A DNA stretch of 63,367 nucleotides, the filler included, from Octopus bimaculoides (Eukaryota): NCBI RefSeq assembly GCF_001194135.2. It is 5 parts of 5 records of this genome, joined end to end, with 100 filler letters (N's around TTAATTAATTAA, not from the genome) between each part and the next. Parts side by side here need not be neighbours in the genome. Positions count along the whole stretch, not along the records: positions 1 to 26,470 come from NC_068984.1; positions 26,571 to 40,961 come from NC_068987.1; 3 more parts are not named here. One strand, 5' to 3'. Positions within the stretch are counted from its first letter, which is position 1. Each line of letters opens with the position of its first letter. The position numbers were made by a program, and so were the translations under genes. The notes below the pieces were generated by a model that saw nothing but the letters and a program-made list of their open reading frames with translations, did no database searches and was not told the DNA's origin. Positions 25,169-38,018 of the stretch are shown piece after piece.

Positions 25169-25324
25169 GACGGGCTTCTTTTAGTTTCCGTCTACCAAAT
25201 CCACTAACAAGGCCTTGGTCGGCCCGAAGTTATAGTAGAAGACACTTGCCCAAGATGCCACGCAGTTGGTACTGAACCCGGAACCATGTGGTTGGAAAAT
25301 GGATTATACATTTTAATCAGGGCT

Positions 25325-25781
25325 GGCTCAGTGTATTCCAGCAGGCACCCTCTTGACTCAAGGCAGGACTACCTCCTCCAGGCACTTGATGAAGGTTTCC
25401 GTGTTGAATGTGAGGCCATGTGGGGAGATGAATAGAGGCATAACGTCGCATCACTAGTGATCACTCCAAACACCATGATGTTGACTGGGTGTTTGATTTT
25501 TATCACTCTCGGTACATGTCTTCAGATTGCACTGTCGTCAGATTGACAGCCCAAAACTCTGAAATGTTCGTATTGGAACTTCCGGTGCGAATGTCAAGCA
25601 GTACAGCATATCATTTCCAAATTTCTGACAGGGTGAATTGCGCAATATTACTGTTTTTTTCTCACAGACAGTGCCCAACTGACCGTACTTTACTGTGTAG
25701 TAGACAAAATCAAAAACAAACAATGCGCAATACGCGAAATTAAAGATATAAAATGGCGGCAAATTATTCATCGCACCTTGT
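25325..25781 (-). mobile_element. Second copy of the deleted Tc1/mariner derivative at 705-1375
   Basis: Near-collinear match including CATCACTAGTGATCACTCCAAACACCATGATGTTGACT. Confidence 0.8.
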
Positions 25782-26436
25782 GTGCCTACGTGCGTGCGAT
25801 TGCAAGATTAAAACAAAAAATGATTTTATATGAAACTTCGCTAATAAATGGACAAATTCTGGAGGCAAAAAACGGTGATTTTAACTCACAGCATTCAATT
25901 ATTAAACAGTCATAATTGGAATGAATAAATAAAATTGAATATTAAGTATTTATGGGATTTCGATTTACTGTCGGGTGACTTTTGGCCAACTTTGTATACG
26001 TAGGTAATAATCCAAGCCACTCACAATTTGTAAACAATACATATGACAGACTAGATACATTCCAGGCATTGATGGATTGTCGTTAAGAGTGATATAAAAT
26101 GAATGCTGCATTAAATACAGATTTCTCTCTCTCTCGGTTTGCTTTTGTTTTGTTTTTTTTTGCTATTTTTGGAATATTTGTATGTTTATTTCCTCCTCTG
26201 TAAAATACGGCATTCTTAAGGCATGACGTCTGTGTATGGGTTTGTCGATCGCTAAAATGTTTTGATGTGTGTGCTTATATAGTTTCATCTACGTTTACAG
26301 ATTCAAACGCATAAACATTTGTGCGCGCGCACACACACACACACACATACACGCACACACACGTGTATATATGTATGTATGTATGTGTGTATATAATACC
26401 TATGCAGTAGATATATAAACATATAAACACGGCAAC

Positions 26437-26470
<34 letters not shown>

Positions 26471-26687
26471 NNNNNNNNNNNNNNNNNNNNNNNNNNNNNN
26501 NNNNNNNNNNNNNNTTAATTAATTAANNNNNNNNNNNNNNNNNNNNNNNNNNNNNNNNNNNNNNNNNNNNCTTTAGAAAGAACTTTTCCCCCACCACCTC
26601 CTCTTCCGGTCTTTTCATAATGTAACCTCGTGGGCATCGGTACCATTTTCCTCTTTCTCCGTTCTTCCATTCTCCGAACTTTCCATC

Positions 26688-26720
26688 TTTCCGACGAAGG
26701 GCTACGCCCGAAACGTCATG
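26688..26720 (+). ncRNA. Degenerate minimal hammerhead-like motif
   Basis: CCGACGA-A-GGGC-TAC-GCCC-GAAAC-GTC (U4 changed to C; stem I poor). Confidence 0.5.
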
Positions 26721-27360
26721 CACTCTCTCTTTCCTTTCCTGAGCGTCCAATAATACTATCCATATCACGTCCTCACTTTGTTGTTTTTTTGTTTTTTGTT
26801 ATTGTTTTTTGAACTACATACATACATACATACATGCATGCATGTATGTATGTATGTATGTATGTATGTATATATCTATCTATCTATCTATCTATCTATC
26901 TACAGAGAGAAATTATGTATAAACAACAAAGAAAAAAGCCACAGTAATTAATAACAGCTCGTTAATACAATTAATAACAGGTCGTTGCATTGCAGTAAGT
27001 CCAAGTGGGACAAACTTGTATGTATATGCATAATAGATTAAAATAAGCCTCAAGAACGACAGCAGAAAAGCACAGATATCACATATACTTCATATTCTAA
27101 TTATGATTAACAGCTGTTTTGTTAAGATAAACATCACCAAATGTATAATTACATAATTACATTACACAATTGAATTAAATTAAATGAAATTAAGAACTGT
27201 ATTTACCCAAATCATCAGCAATGTTGTTTTATGTAAAACAGAAAACAGTTAATAAGAAATTATGAATTACTAGTTCCAGTTCTTTGGGGGATACTGGATT
27301 TGTTATGTATATAAAGAGATTGGCTACTTATTTTTCTGGGATTGGTCAAGTGATGTAGAC

Positions 27361-27403
27361 ACCTCTGATGAGAATCTAGCAAGGTTCGAAAATCGATTAA
27401 AGT
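27361..27403 (+). ncRNA. Minimal hammerhead ribozyme candidate with intact core
   Basis: ACCT-CTGATGA-GAATC-TAGCAA-GGTTC-GAA-AATCGATT-A-AAGT; palindromic helix III, UUA triplet. Confidence 0.65.
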
Positions 27404-29486
27404 TGATCATTGTTTTCATGCGACGGAGAAATAGTTAAATTTGCTATGCTTGTATGTTTACTATGTGGGTTTAAATAACTTCAACAGAAATTTTTAATTT
27501 CATAGGTGACGTCTGACATCAGAAATGGATATGTTTCATTCGTATTAAACTTCATTAAAAAGCATGGTGTCTTCAAAGTTGATTGATCTGTGATTTTTAC
27601 CCCCAAGCAAAAAAAAAAAAAAAGACAGTTTTAGCTAGCAGAATTTAGTGTACTTACAAAATTATTAAAATAAATAGTCAAAGAGGGCCAATGAATTTAA
27701 ATAATTACGGAAGGTGAAGATCAACTTAATGACTTAATGACCTGAAATGAGTTTATTCTATATCATTTATATTTTGGTATATAAACTCGTTTACTCCTGT
27801 CAATGTAAAGTTGAAGGAAGAGAGCCAATTGAAAAGACCCCAGCAGAAGCAACGTCTGCGGTGTTAACTGTTAAAAATCTATATCTTTTTGTATCTTTAT
27901 TTTCTACTTACTTCAGTCTCTGGACTGCAGCCATGCTGGAGCACTGTTTTGAAGGTTTTCTGTCAAACGGCTCGAGCCTAGTACTTATTTTTCTTTAAGT
28001 CTAGTACCTATAATATCGGTCTTTTTTTTCTGAAACGTTAAGTTACGGAGAAGGGGGAAATCATAAATACAATGACATACACGCACATTTATATATACGA
28101 CGGCTTCCACGTAGTTTCCGTTTACAAAATCTACTCACAAGGTATTAGTTGGCCCAGCGATACAGTAGAAGACACTTGCTCAAGGTGCCGCATAGTGGAA
28201 CTGAACCTGAAACTACGTAGTTGCAAAACGAGCTTCCTAACCACCCAGCCACGCCTGCGCCAATAACAACCAATTCTCTCTCAAATACCACCTTTCTGAC
28301 TTAAATGAAGATGCACATTGGACAATATAATTCCAGCTATACTATGCCCAGTAACTATGATTGAAAATGTTTTTGATTGCAGATTTGCTAGATTTGAGTT
28401 ACCTTAGGACTAAGTAACAAGTAATACTTAGTTTATATACCGTGGTGGTACAAAGAGTAAAATCGAATCAAATACGATCTGATCATGAGGGACACATCCC
28501 CTTAAACGACAGGCACTTTTTCGACCTCTCCGCTAACCTCTGGTAATTACACATGACGACTCTTGGTTCATGTTTTTAAGATCCAGCACATGAACGCTCA
28601 GAGACGTTCCAGCCATGACCATCCAGAATTGTTTTTATTATATGTAAAACTTACTTAGTGCGTCGTTCCTTTTTCTAAGTTTATTTAGGACATATTTAAT
28701 TGGCATTTCAAGAAAGCAAACTATGATTAGACTTGGATTCTTGGGGAGAGAAAGCAACTTTTTAATTCGTGCGCTACAAATGATCACGATAACTGGGATA
28801 ATAAAAATCTGCAAGATATTCTTAAGATTTAAAGTTGATGAACAAAATAAGATGCTTTCTTTCACAACCCTGCTACTAAATAGGTAGCCGATCAAAATTA
28901 AATCTATGTTAAATAAGAGAAAAATAATATAAGCATGAACATACATCATGCCCGCTTTCTCGTTTCTCGTACAGCCATCGCTTAAAACATTTCAGAATGG
29001 GCCTCATGTGTGAGCATTACGATGCTAGAATGCCAAGTGATGCCTATGCATGATGCTTTTTAAAGAGAGGAGAGGCCTTGTACACAACCAATCCCACTTT
29101 CTGAACAAACGTGTTTTATGCACCAAAGTCATCAGTTTGTCAATGATTGCTGCAGGAACTACCGCTGTCCATGAGAAATAGCAGGACCAAGCTTGTGTGT
29201 ACAGTATTGGATGGCTGTTGACTTTATCCGTTTTGTTTTTCATCCTCCAAGGTGTTCAATCACCCTCCTCACTAAGTAAGATTAGTGGGGTTATCAGTTT
29301 AGTCGCCGGCGACCCGAGCATGCAGCAAGTTGCAATGGATTACATGTTACCAGTGGCGCTCACAAGTTACCTGTTATTCATAGATAGATAGATACATTTC
29401 TTTTATTAGCCACACAGGGCTCAACGAAGATGGGACAAATACAATATAGATAGATAGATACATACATACATACATACATACATACA

Positions 29487-30254
<768 letters not shown>

Positions 30255-32884
30255 AACACATACAAACACATGCATGTATGTGTATGCATGTATGCGTGCA
30301 AGTATTTATGCATGTGTGTGTGTTTTACTTGAAAAAGAATGACTGTAAGGTCGAGACACCGGCGAAAATGAATATTTTCTATAATGTTATTCAAATACAT
30401 TAATAACGACCATCCCTCGCGTCCACTGAGTGGTACGAATTCAGTTCCCTCTTCTTTAAAAAATTTCACATTCAGTCTGTAGATGGAAAAAAAGGAAAAG
30501 AATGTTAATGATATTTGTCATTCATCCAACCTTTATGGTTACCCTTCAAACTTAAGTTCTTCGTAGAATTAGCACCAGTCACTTACAAAATTACGAAACT
30601 CTTTTGCAAGAGTCAAACCTGTTCCAAGATTTTGCATATATGACGCTATATGTGTAGATATACTTGCACTTGTTTAATGAGTTTGCATGTTCCTTTATTA
30701 CACACTCACACAATGTGTGTGTGTGTGTGTACGTTTGTGTGTCAACGTACGCATGTATAAATTACTCTTTATGCACGAACGTGTATGCTATTATGTACAT
30801 AATATGGTTGTGCAAATACATTCATTCCCGGAAACTGAAATGGACAGTCTTATAAAGTTTTACAAGTCTTTACTATAACACAAATAGATTAGATTTGGTG
30901 GAATAGAATCAGTTTGCTTTGTTCTTTGTTGGAACATTCTAGCATTTCGAGGCTTTTATGTAAATCTATTATAGCGTAGCCCACTACATCTATGATAAGA
31001 GTTACAAATGAAAGCATATAGCCACGATACGAAAACTACACATTCTTCATTAATTCACTATCGGTGTCCACTTTTTACAAAACTGTAGACAAAATATTCA
31101 CGTCCTCTGGACAGTGGACTTCTACAATAGTACATGATGTTTTTACTAAGTATTATAGAACGATCTTAAATCTGTGTGTTTGTATTGGATTGTTATTTTT
31201 ATTGTAATATTCTCCCAGTATTCCATATTTTTAAAGATGCTTTTAAAGATACAGTTTGGTTCTGGTGAATAGCACCCGTGCCATGTCTCATGGGAAGGTA
31301 ATACTTTGCGGATTATCTTCTTATGTGGACGATTTTAAGTAGTCGCTGGTGATGTGCATGTCACCATCAAGATTGCTGTGCTATATTCAACATTTTCTTT
31401 CACAATGTCGTTGTTCGGAGCTATGCTTGATTAGATATTTATTAGCTATATCCCGTTCCTGAAGAGCGAAAGAATATCCAGCTTGGTGGAATGTGATATG
31501 TCTATCACCTGTCCAGGAGACACTGTTCCTCTTCTCAATCTTATTCGTATACTCTTCCTTACATGTTACGCAAGCGTAGCTTTTTGTTTATATGGCTGTT
31601 TTACTTTGCAGTTTCTATTTAAGCCGAATTTGTACCCCAGGTACACTTGGGGTACAAGAAACAATTATACACTCTGGGCACATATTTAAGATATCTTTAC
31701 CTGTTATGAAGATGTGACTTTCATATACATGTCATTATTCAGTTTATTTCAATATTTCTTGCCAACAGAGAAAGAACCAGTTTCTAACCCAGATCCAAGG
31801 TTCCGTCATTGGAATTTCAACATCAACAACAGAGTATGTATGTATGTATGTATGTATGTATGTATGTATGTATGTATGCATGTATGTATGTGCAGATTTG
31901 TATGTTTTATATATGTGTTCTCATGCATATAGTTACATATCTAGACATGCTTATATATATTTAAATGATAAACTTCTGGAAAGTTTTACAGATTTTTTAC
32001 AGTTCCAGTGATGAATTGGATCTGTAACCTTCGAATTAGCTTCCTCCGTTCTGATTTTGAGAAGCCTGATTTCTCAAGATTGGTATTTAGGCAGTGTGTT
32101 ACATATCCCAGGACCTCAATAATTACAGGTATAAACCTGAACTTGTAATCTGGATAGAGTTACTGTATGTACGTATGTACATATGTATGTATGTACGTAT
32201 ATATATATATATGTATATAGGGATGGGTGGATGGGTGGATGATTGTGTGCGCGCGCGCGCGTATGGATGTATGTATATGTGAGTCGTGGCTGGCTGGTCC
32301 CATGAATGGAGGATGAACTGATGGTTAGTTGTATGGATGAATACACACATATATATATATATATATATAGAAACATAAACACACACACACATACATATAT
32401 ACATATGCACAGAGAGAGAATGAGAGGGAAAGAGAGAGAGAGAATGAGAGGGAAAGAGAGAGAGAATGAGAGGGAAAGAGAGAGAGGGAATGAGAGGGAG
32501 AGAGAGAGAAACAGAAACGGATGGACAGGCAAACGGATACACTGACTGACGTATATCGAAAATGAATAAAAGTAAAATTACTTAAGTTGGTATGCCCTCC
32601 TTAGAAACAGTTTATCTGTGTACGTATATTCACCTCAAACACCTACGTGGGTGTGATACGATGGTTTGTTTTGCCAACAAGCTCGCCCCAACAATCTGCT
32701 ACGTCAGAGGTACTTATGATCGTGGGGTAATAAAAGGAAGTGTTGATATGGTTTCGGCAGGCACACAGACAAGCAGATGGGAATCAGATGCTATCTTGTC
32801 TCTATACCGGAAGTAAGCTGTACGTCTGTAAGCCTGCCAGTCTGCACGTCTGGTTATATGGTCATGTGGTTATGTAGAAATACG

Positions 32885-32886
<2 letters not shown>

Positions 32887-32957
<71 letters not shown>
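32887..32957 (+). repeat. (GA)n microsatellite
   Basis: Direct reading. Confidence 0.95.
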
Positions 32958-32961
<4 letters not shown>

Positions 32962-34907
32962 CGTAAGTGAGTGAGTGAGTTAGTGCGTGTATGTGTGTGT
33001 ATATGTATATATAGTTGTGTATCTATTTCTTTGTGTTAGTGTGTGAATGTGGATGTGGATGTAAATGTGCATGTGAGTATGCGTGTGTGTATCTGTGTGG
33101 TTATGTAACTGTTTGTGTATGTAATTGTTTTTCTGTGTAATACGTATGTGATTGAGCGTTGAGTGCGTAGATGTATGCATATATGGGTATGTGTTTTGAG
33201 ATGTGTGTGATGGTCTCTGGGGATGTGTGTGTGTATGTGTGTGTATGAGTGCAAGCGTTTGAATGATCATGAGAATATACGTGTATGTGCTTCTATGTGT
33301 GTAAGTCTGCGTTTGGATGTACGGTTCTTCTTCATATGTGTGAGAGAGAGAGAGGGGGGAGAGAAAGAGAGTGAGAGAGAGAGAGTGTTTGTGTGTATTA
33401 AGTATGTGTATATGATCATATTTGTGAATGTAAGTGGTTGTGTGAATGCTTACATGTGTAAAGTATATTTCCGTGTGCATAGCTGTAAGTCCAATGTGTT
33501 TATCGGTCCGTCACTCTTCCCTTGTGTTTATCGCCCTGTTTCTCTCCCTCTGTATGTCGATGCCTCTCTCGCAATATATTATTAAATTGAATTCAGTTCT
33601 ACCTTACAAGACCTTACGATGATTCTGGCCTTTTCGCTGTCAGATAGTTATCTTTTTATTTTTTTTTAATTGAATAATTTCTTTAAAATAAATTTAAAAT
33701 GTTTAAAAGTTAGACTCATATGTATATTGTATATATTTTCATTGAAATAATTAATGTACTATAGGAGGAAGGAGGTGAGAGAGTTAGCCAACTGGGGGAG
33801 GGAACTAAACACTTACATCGATCTCAGTGTTTTCGTAAGGATAAAAGGTTTAGTCCACCTCGCCGGAATTTGAACTCAGAAAAGCTAATGCCGCTAAGCA
33901 TTTTGTCTAGCGTGCTAATGTTTCTTCTAGCTCGTCGGCTTATAATGTGAATAAAATAAAGCTATGCATTTAGCGAAGAAATAAGTCTGATGACCAAGCA
34001 TCTGGCCCCAATTAACTACAATTAGCGGAAAACACTAGAAATAATACAAAGACTCAATCTTCGAAGATGCAATAGTATTAACATGAGTAGACACCTATGT
34101 GACTGAGCTAACCTAATCTTATAGTAATTCTGCTTGTTTCTTCGTTACTTAGCCCGTCCGCTTCCATGTGATTAGCTGAAGGGGATGGGGATGGGGATGA
34201 GGATGGGGAGGGAGGGGAGGAAAGAGATGGGGAGGTGGAGAGATAGGGAGGGAGAGGTGGCTGTGAGTGAAATGTGTAATTTTTTAACTAAATTTTCTCT
34301 CTCCGTTACTAAACCCGCCTGTAACGCTTTCACGTGATTAGTTGAAGGGAAAGGCGAAGATGGAGAGAGAAAGAGGGAGAGTGCTGTGTATTAAGTCTAT
34401 AAAATTGTGCATAAATATATAAAGTGTATATGTCAAGTGCATTAAGTAATCATCGTATTCCAATTTCCTTCACTTTTCAATGATTAGCAGATGAGCGACT
34501 ATCTTTTGATACAGACACAACAAAAGCTACGCTTTCAGGTCTTTTGGATAAAGTTTTCAGAAATAACCCAATAAGTTTACCATTAATTCCGTAAAATATT
34601 CATGGGGTCCCGCTGGTGATTTTCCTTGTTTCAGTCATTCTATTCCAGCTTTATATTTAGACTATATCATCCTATGTCTTTCTCTGTTTAAAACAGTAGG
34701 ATGTAATCTGAAGGAGTTCTGACTGCTATTTTTAGTAAGTTGATCCAACTATTTAAAACCGCCCTATTTTAAAGAATCGAATGTTGGCTGGTTTGGAATA
34801 TCTCATTTGTTGGCTCGCCCTACAATATAGAACTTTTGTGACTTTGTCAGGAAGGGAGATAATTTTATGAAACATTTCATTGCTATCTTCTTTCTGTCTC
34901 CATCCAG

Positions 34908-35229
34908 GATGCTGACGTCATTGTCGGTTCATTGTCAGTGACAACAGAGCGGGACGCAGTCGTTGACTTCACCTTACCTTACTACGACTTCGCTGGTATC
35001 CAGATACTGGTTAAGAAGAAAGCTCAAGAAACGAAATTATTTTACTTTCTCGACGTCTTTCATCTGGATGTATGGCTATGCCTGGTGGCCGTTCTTATTA
35101 CTACTAGTATCCTGCTTTATATGTTTGACCGATTCAGTCCTTTCACCAACGTTGACCAGAATGGTGATCAAAGGGTTTTTGATATGAAGGAAAGTATGTG
35201 GTTCGTGATAGGGTCCTTGACACAGTCAG
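34908..35229 (+). CDS. iGluR-family (IR25a/IR8a-like) exon: S1 C-terminal half, M1, pore loop
   Basis: Pyrimidine tract plus CAG acceptor (34907), phase 0; DADVIVGSLSVTTERDAVVDFTLPYYDFAG...ESMWFVIGSLTQS; donor G|GTGAGT, phase 1. Confidence 0.93.
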
Positions 35230-36260
35230 GTGAGTAAAACAGTGAAACTTAGTTTCTTTAGATCGCCATTGCTTTTGAGACATTGATATGAGTCAGTGTG
35301 ATATTCTCCAACCAAAATAGTTCTGCAGCTGTTATTTACGTCCCTTTTTTTACTCCCAAACTCACAGTATCTTTCTATCTTTTACTTTTAACATGTTTCG
35401 GTTATTGGACAGCGGTCATGCTGGAGCACCGCCTTGAAGGGCTTAGTCAAAAAAATCTTAACTTATTCGTCAAACCTGGTACTTATTCTATCGGTGTCTT
35501 TTGCTGGTCTGCCAAGTTAAGAAGGCGTAAACAAACAAACAAATAAACACCGGTTGTCAAGTGGTGGGAGGGGAGAATACACACAAACACACACACACAC
35601 ACACACACACGACGGTTTTCTTTCAGTTTCCGTCTACCAAACCACTTACTAGGCTTTAGTCGGCCAGAGGCTATAATAGAAGATACTTGCCCAAGGTTCC
35701 ACGCAGTGGGACTAAACCTAGAATCATGTGGTTGGGAAGAACAAATCTCTTACTTTCCAGAGCTGTGAGATGCACGAGGACATCCTTTTATCTTCTAGAA
35801 GATACTCTCACTCTTATTCTATAGGAACATTTTCTGTAACAATATGCAGGTTTCCAATGAACAACTTCGATTATTGTTTATATTATCCTTTATAATCTAG
35901 TTTCATCCTCAGTCGCCATCAACTTCTCTACGCCGTCCTCTCCTATTCAACTTTATCTCCAGTTACCTTACATTCTACAACTTTGTATTCAATTATTCTA
36001 AGGTATCTATATCGTTCTCCATTCCGCGATTTTGTCTCCGGTTGTCTTCAACTGTATTAAACTGTCTTCCACACTCCAGTTGGATTCTCAGTTGTCTTCA
36101 GCTATTCTGTGTCACTATCTCACCTCACTGTCCAAGTTTGCTGCAAGTTGTTCCCCACTGTACCCCATTGCTCAACGTTGCTTTGAATCATCTCAATATT
36201 ATCCTTTTCGTCTGTCAAGAAAATACTAATACGTTCATATCTATTGTTTGTTGATCACAG

Positions 36261-36828
36261 GTGGAGGTGACCCGCCGTCTTCGTTCTCTTCAAGAGTCCT
36301 CGTAGCAGGTTTTTGGTTCTTTTGCATCATAATGATGTCAACCTTCACGGCTAATTTGGCCGCCTTCCTCACAGCACGTCGTTACACAAGTGACCTAAGC
36401 TCACTCGACGATCTCGCAGCTCAGACAGAAATCAACTTCTCAGTAATGGCCAACAGCTCTACAATGCGCTACTTTGAACGCATGGCTAAAATTGAGAACC
36501 TCTTTGACACAAAATGGAAGAAAATGAATTTCAAGCACGGTTCCGCTGGAGATTTTGAAGGAAATTTAGCAGTTTGGAATTATCCAGTTAGCGAGAAAAA
36601 TGCTAACATCTGGAAACGCATTCAGGCCAACGGTATGGTGGCAAATTCCTCAGAAGGACTGCAAAGAGTAAGAGACGGTAATTTTGCGTACATCACTGAA
36701 TCTCCAATTGTTGAGTATTATACAAAGAAATACAACGACCTCACAAGCATCGGTAACCCATTCAGCTCAAGACCTTATGCTTTTGCTTTCAAGCAGAACT
36801 CGGAACTTGTAGATCAATTTTCAAAACA
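36261..36828 (+). CDS. iGluR-family (IR25a/IR8a-like) exon: M3 gate and S2
   Basis: CACAG acceptor, phase 1 matches the previous exon; GGDPP...STFTANLAAFLT...YFERMAKIE...LAVWNYPVSEK...RPYAFAF; donor CA|GTAAGA, phase 2. Confidence 0.95.
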
Positions 36829-36886
36829 GTAAGAATTGGGTTGATTTTGCTATTTTAATTTTTCTCACTCAATTTATCTATCAACT

Positions 36887-36887
<1 letters not shown>

Positions 36888-36942
<55 letters not shown>

Positions 36943-37008
36943 TATTTCTTTCTTTCTTTCTTTCTTCTTCTTCTTCTTCTTCTTCTTCTTCTTCTTCTTC
37001 TTCTTCTT
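36888..37008 (+). repeat. (TTTC)n/(TTC)n pyrimidine microsatellite
   Basis: Direct reading; ~60 nt after the exon donor. Confidence 0.9.
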
Positions 37009-37037
37009 CATCACTCACTCACTCTCAGTAGATATGT

Positions 37038-37071
<34 letters not shown>

Positions 37072-37733
37072 ATGCACGCCTGTATATGTGTGCATGTGTG
37101 TTTATTAGCATAGGTGTATGTATGTATGTATATACACACGCACACACACACACACACATAAATATTTCTTTATTTGTGCTACCAATGGCTTCATGTGGGC
37201 AAAATACGCAGTTTCCAAATGTTCCACTTAAAAATGTTAGGCATCCTTCTGCGCGAGATTCTACATTATACATAAAACTATTGAAGACTCTCCATTAACT
37301 GATATCATCGAAGCAGATATTATCCAAGAAGTAAGATTTTCTAGTAGTCTATAATCTTAAAACAACAAACAAAAGGTATAATAGCCATGTAGCTAGAAAA
37401 CTGAAATTTTGGGATCAATACAGATATTGCACATAGAAGTACGTTTGGTTATTCTTTGATCGCTCATGTTGTATTTACTCTCATCTGTATTGCCGATAGC
37501 ACATTTACTGTCTTCTTTGCTTCTGTAGCCACACTATAGATATCAAACGATATGCCATTTAATACAAGTATACATATAGGCAGGTTAAATTGCATTCCTG
37601 TATTCACAAATTCTTGTAAATGTCTTGTTGACTTAAATAGAATATGTCTTTTCACTTTGTTAGTAAAGGGCTTGAATTCAGAAAAGAACTGATATTTCAA
37701 AGAACGTCATTCATACCTTGCTCTTGTTTTTAG

Positions 37734-37935
37734 TATTCTTCAGCTGCAGCAGAAATCTGTTCTAGAAGACCTGAAGAGGAAGTGGTGGCCTAAATCGACT
37801 GAGGAAACAAAGGTGAAAGACTCTGAAGGTCTCAGCGTGGAGAGTTTATCTGGAACATTCATAGTACTTGGCATTGGACTGGCATGTAGCCTGTTGTTTC
37901 TGGCTTTAGAAGTAGTATGGGATAAATACAAGAAG
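37734..37935 (+). CDS. iGluR-family exon: S2 end and M4
   Basis: TTTTTAG acceptor, phase 2 matches; (H)ILQLQQKSVLEDLKRKWW...EGLSVESLSGTFIVLGIGLACSLLFLALEVVWDKYKK; donor AAG|GTAAGC. Confidence 0.93.
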
Positions 37936-38018
37936 GTAAGCGATACTCTACGAATAAAGACCTCAATAGGTGGCGAAATGTCATCGAACAAGCGATTCAG
38001 AGACAAATCATCGACTAA

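Noticed and set aside
26515-26526. TTAATTAATTAA islands inside N runs (also 41006-41017, 54616-54627, 61443-61454)
   Set aside because: Identical 44N-12mer-44N format with stops in all six frames: a scaffolding spacer, not biology
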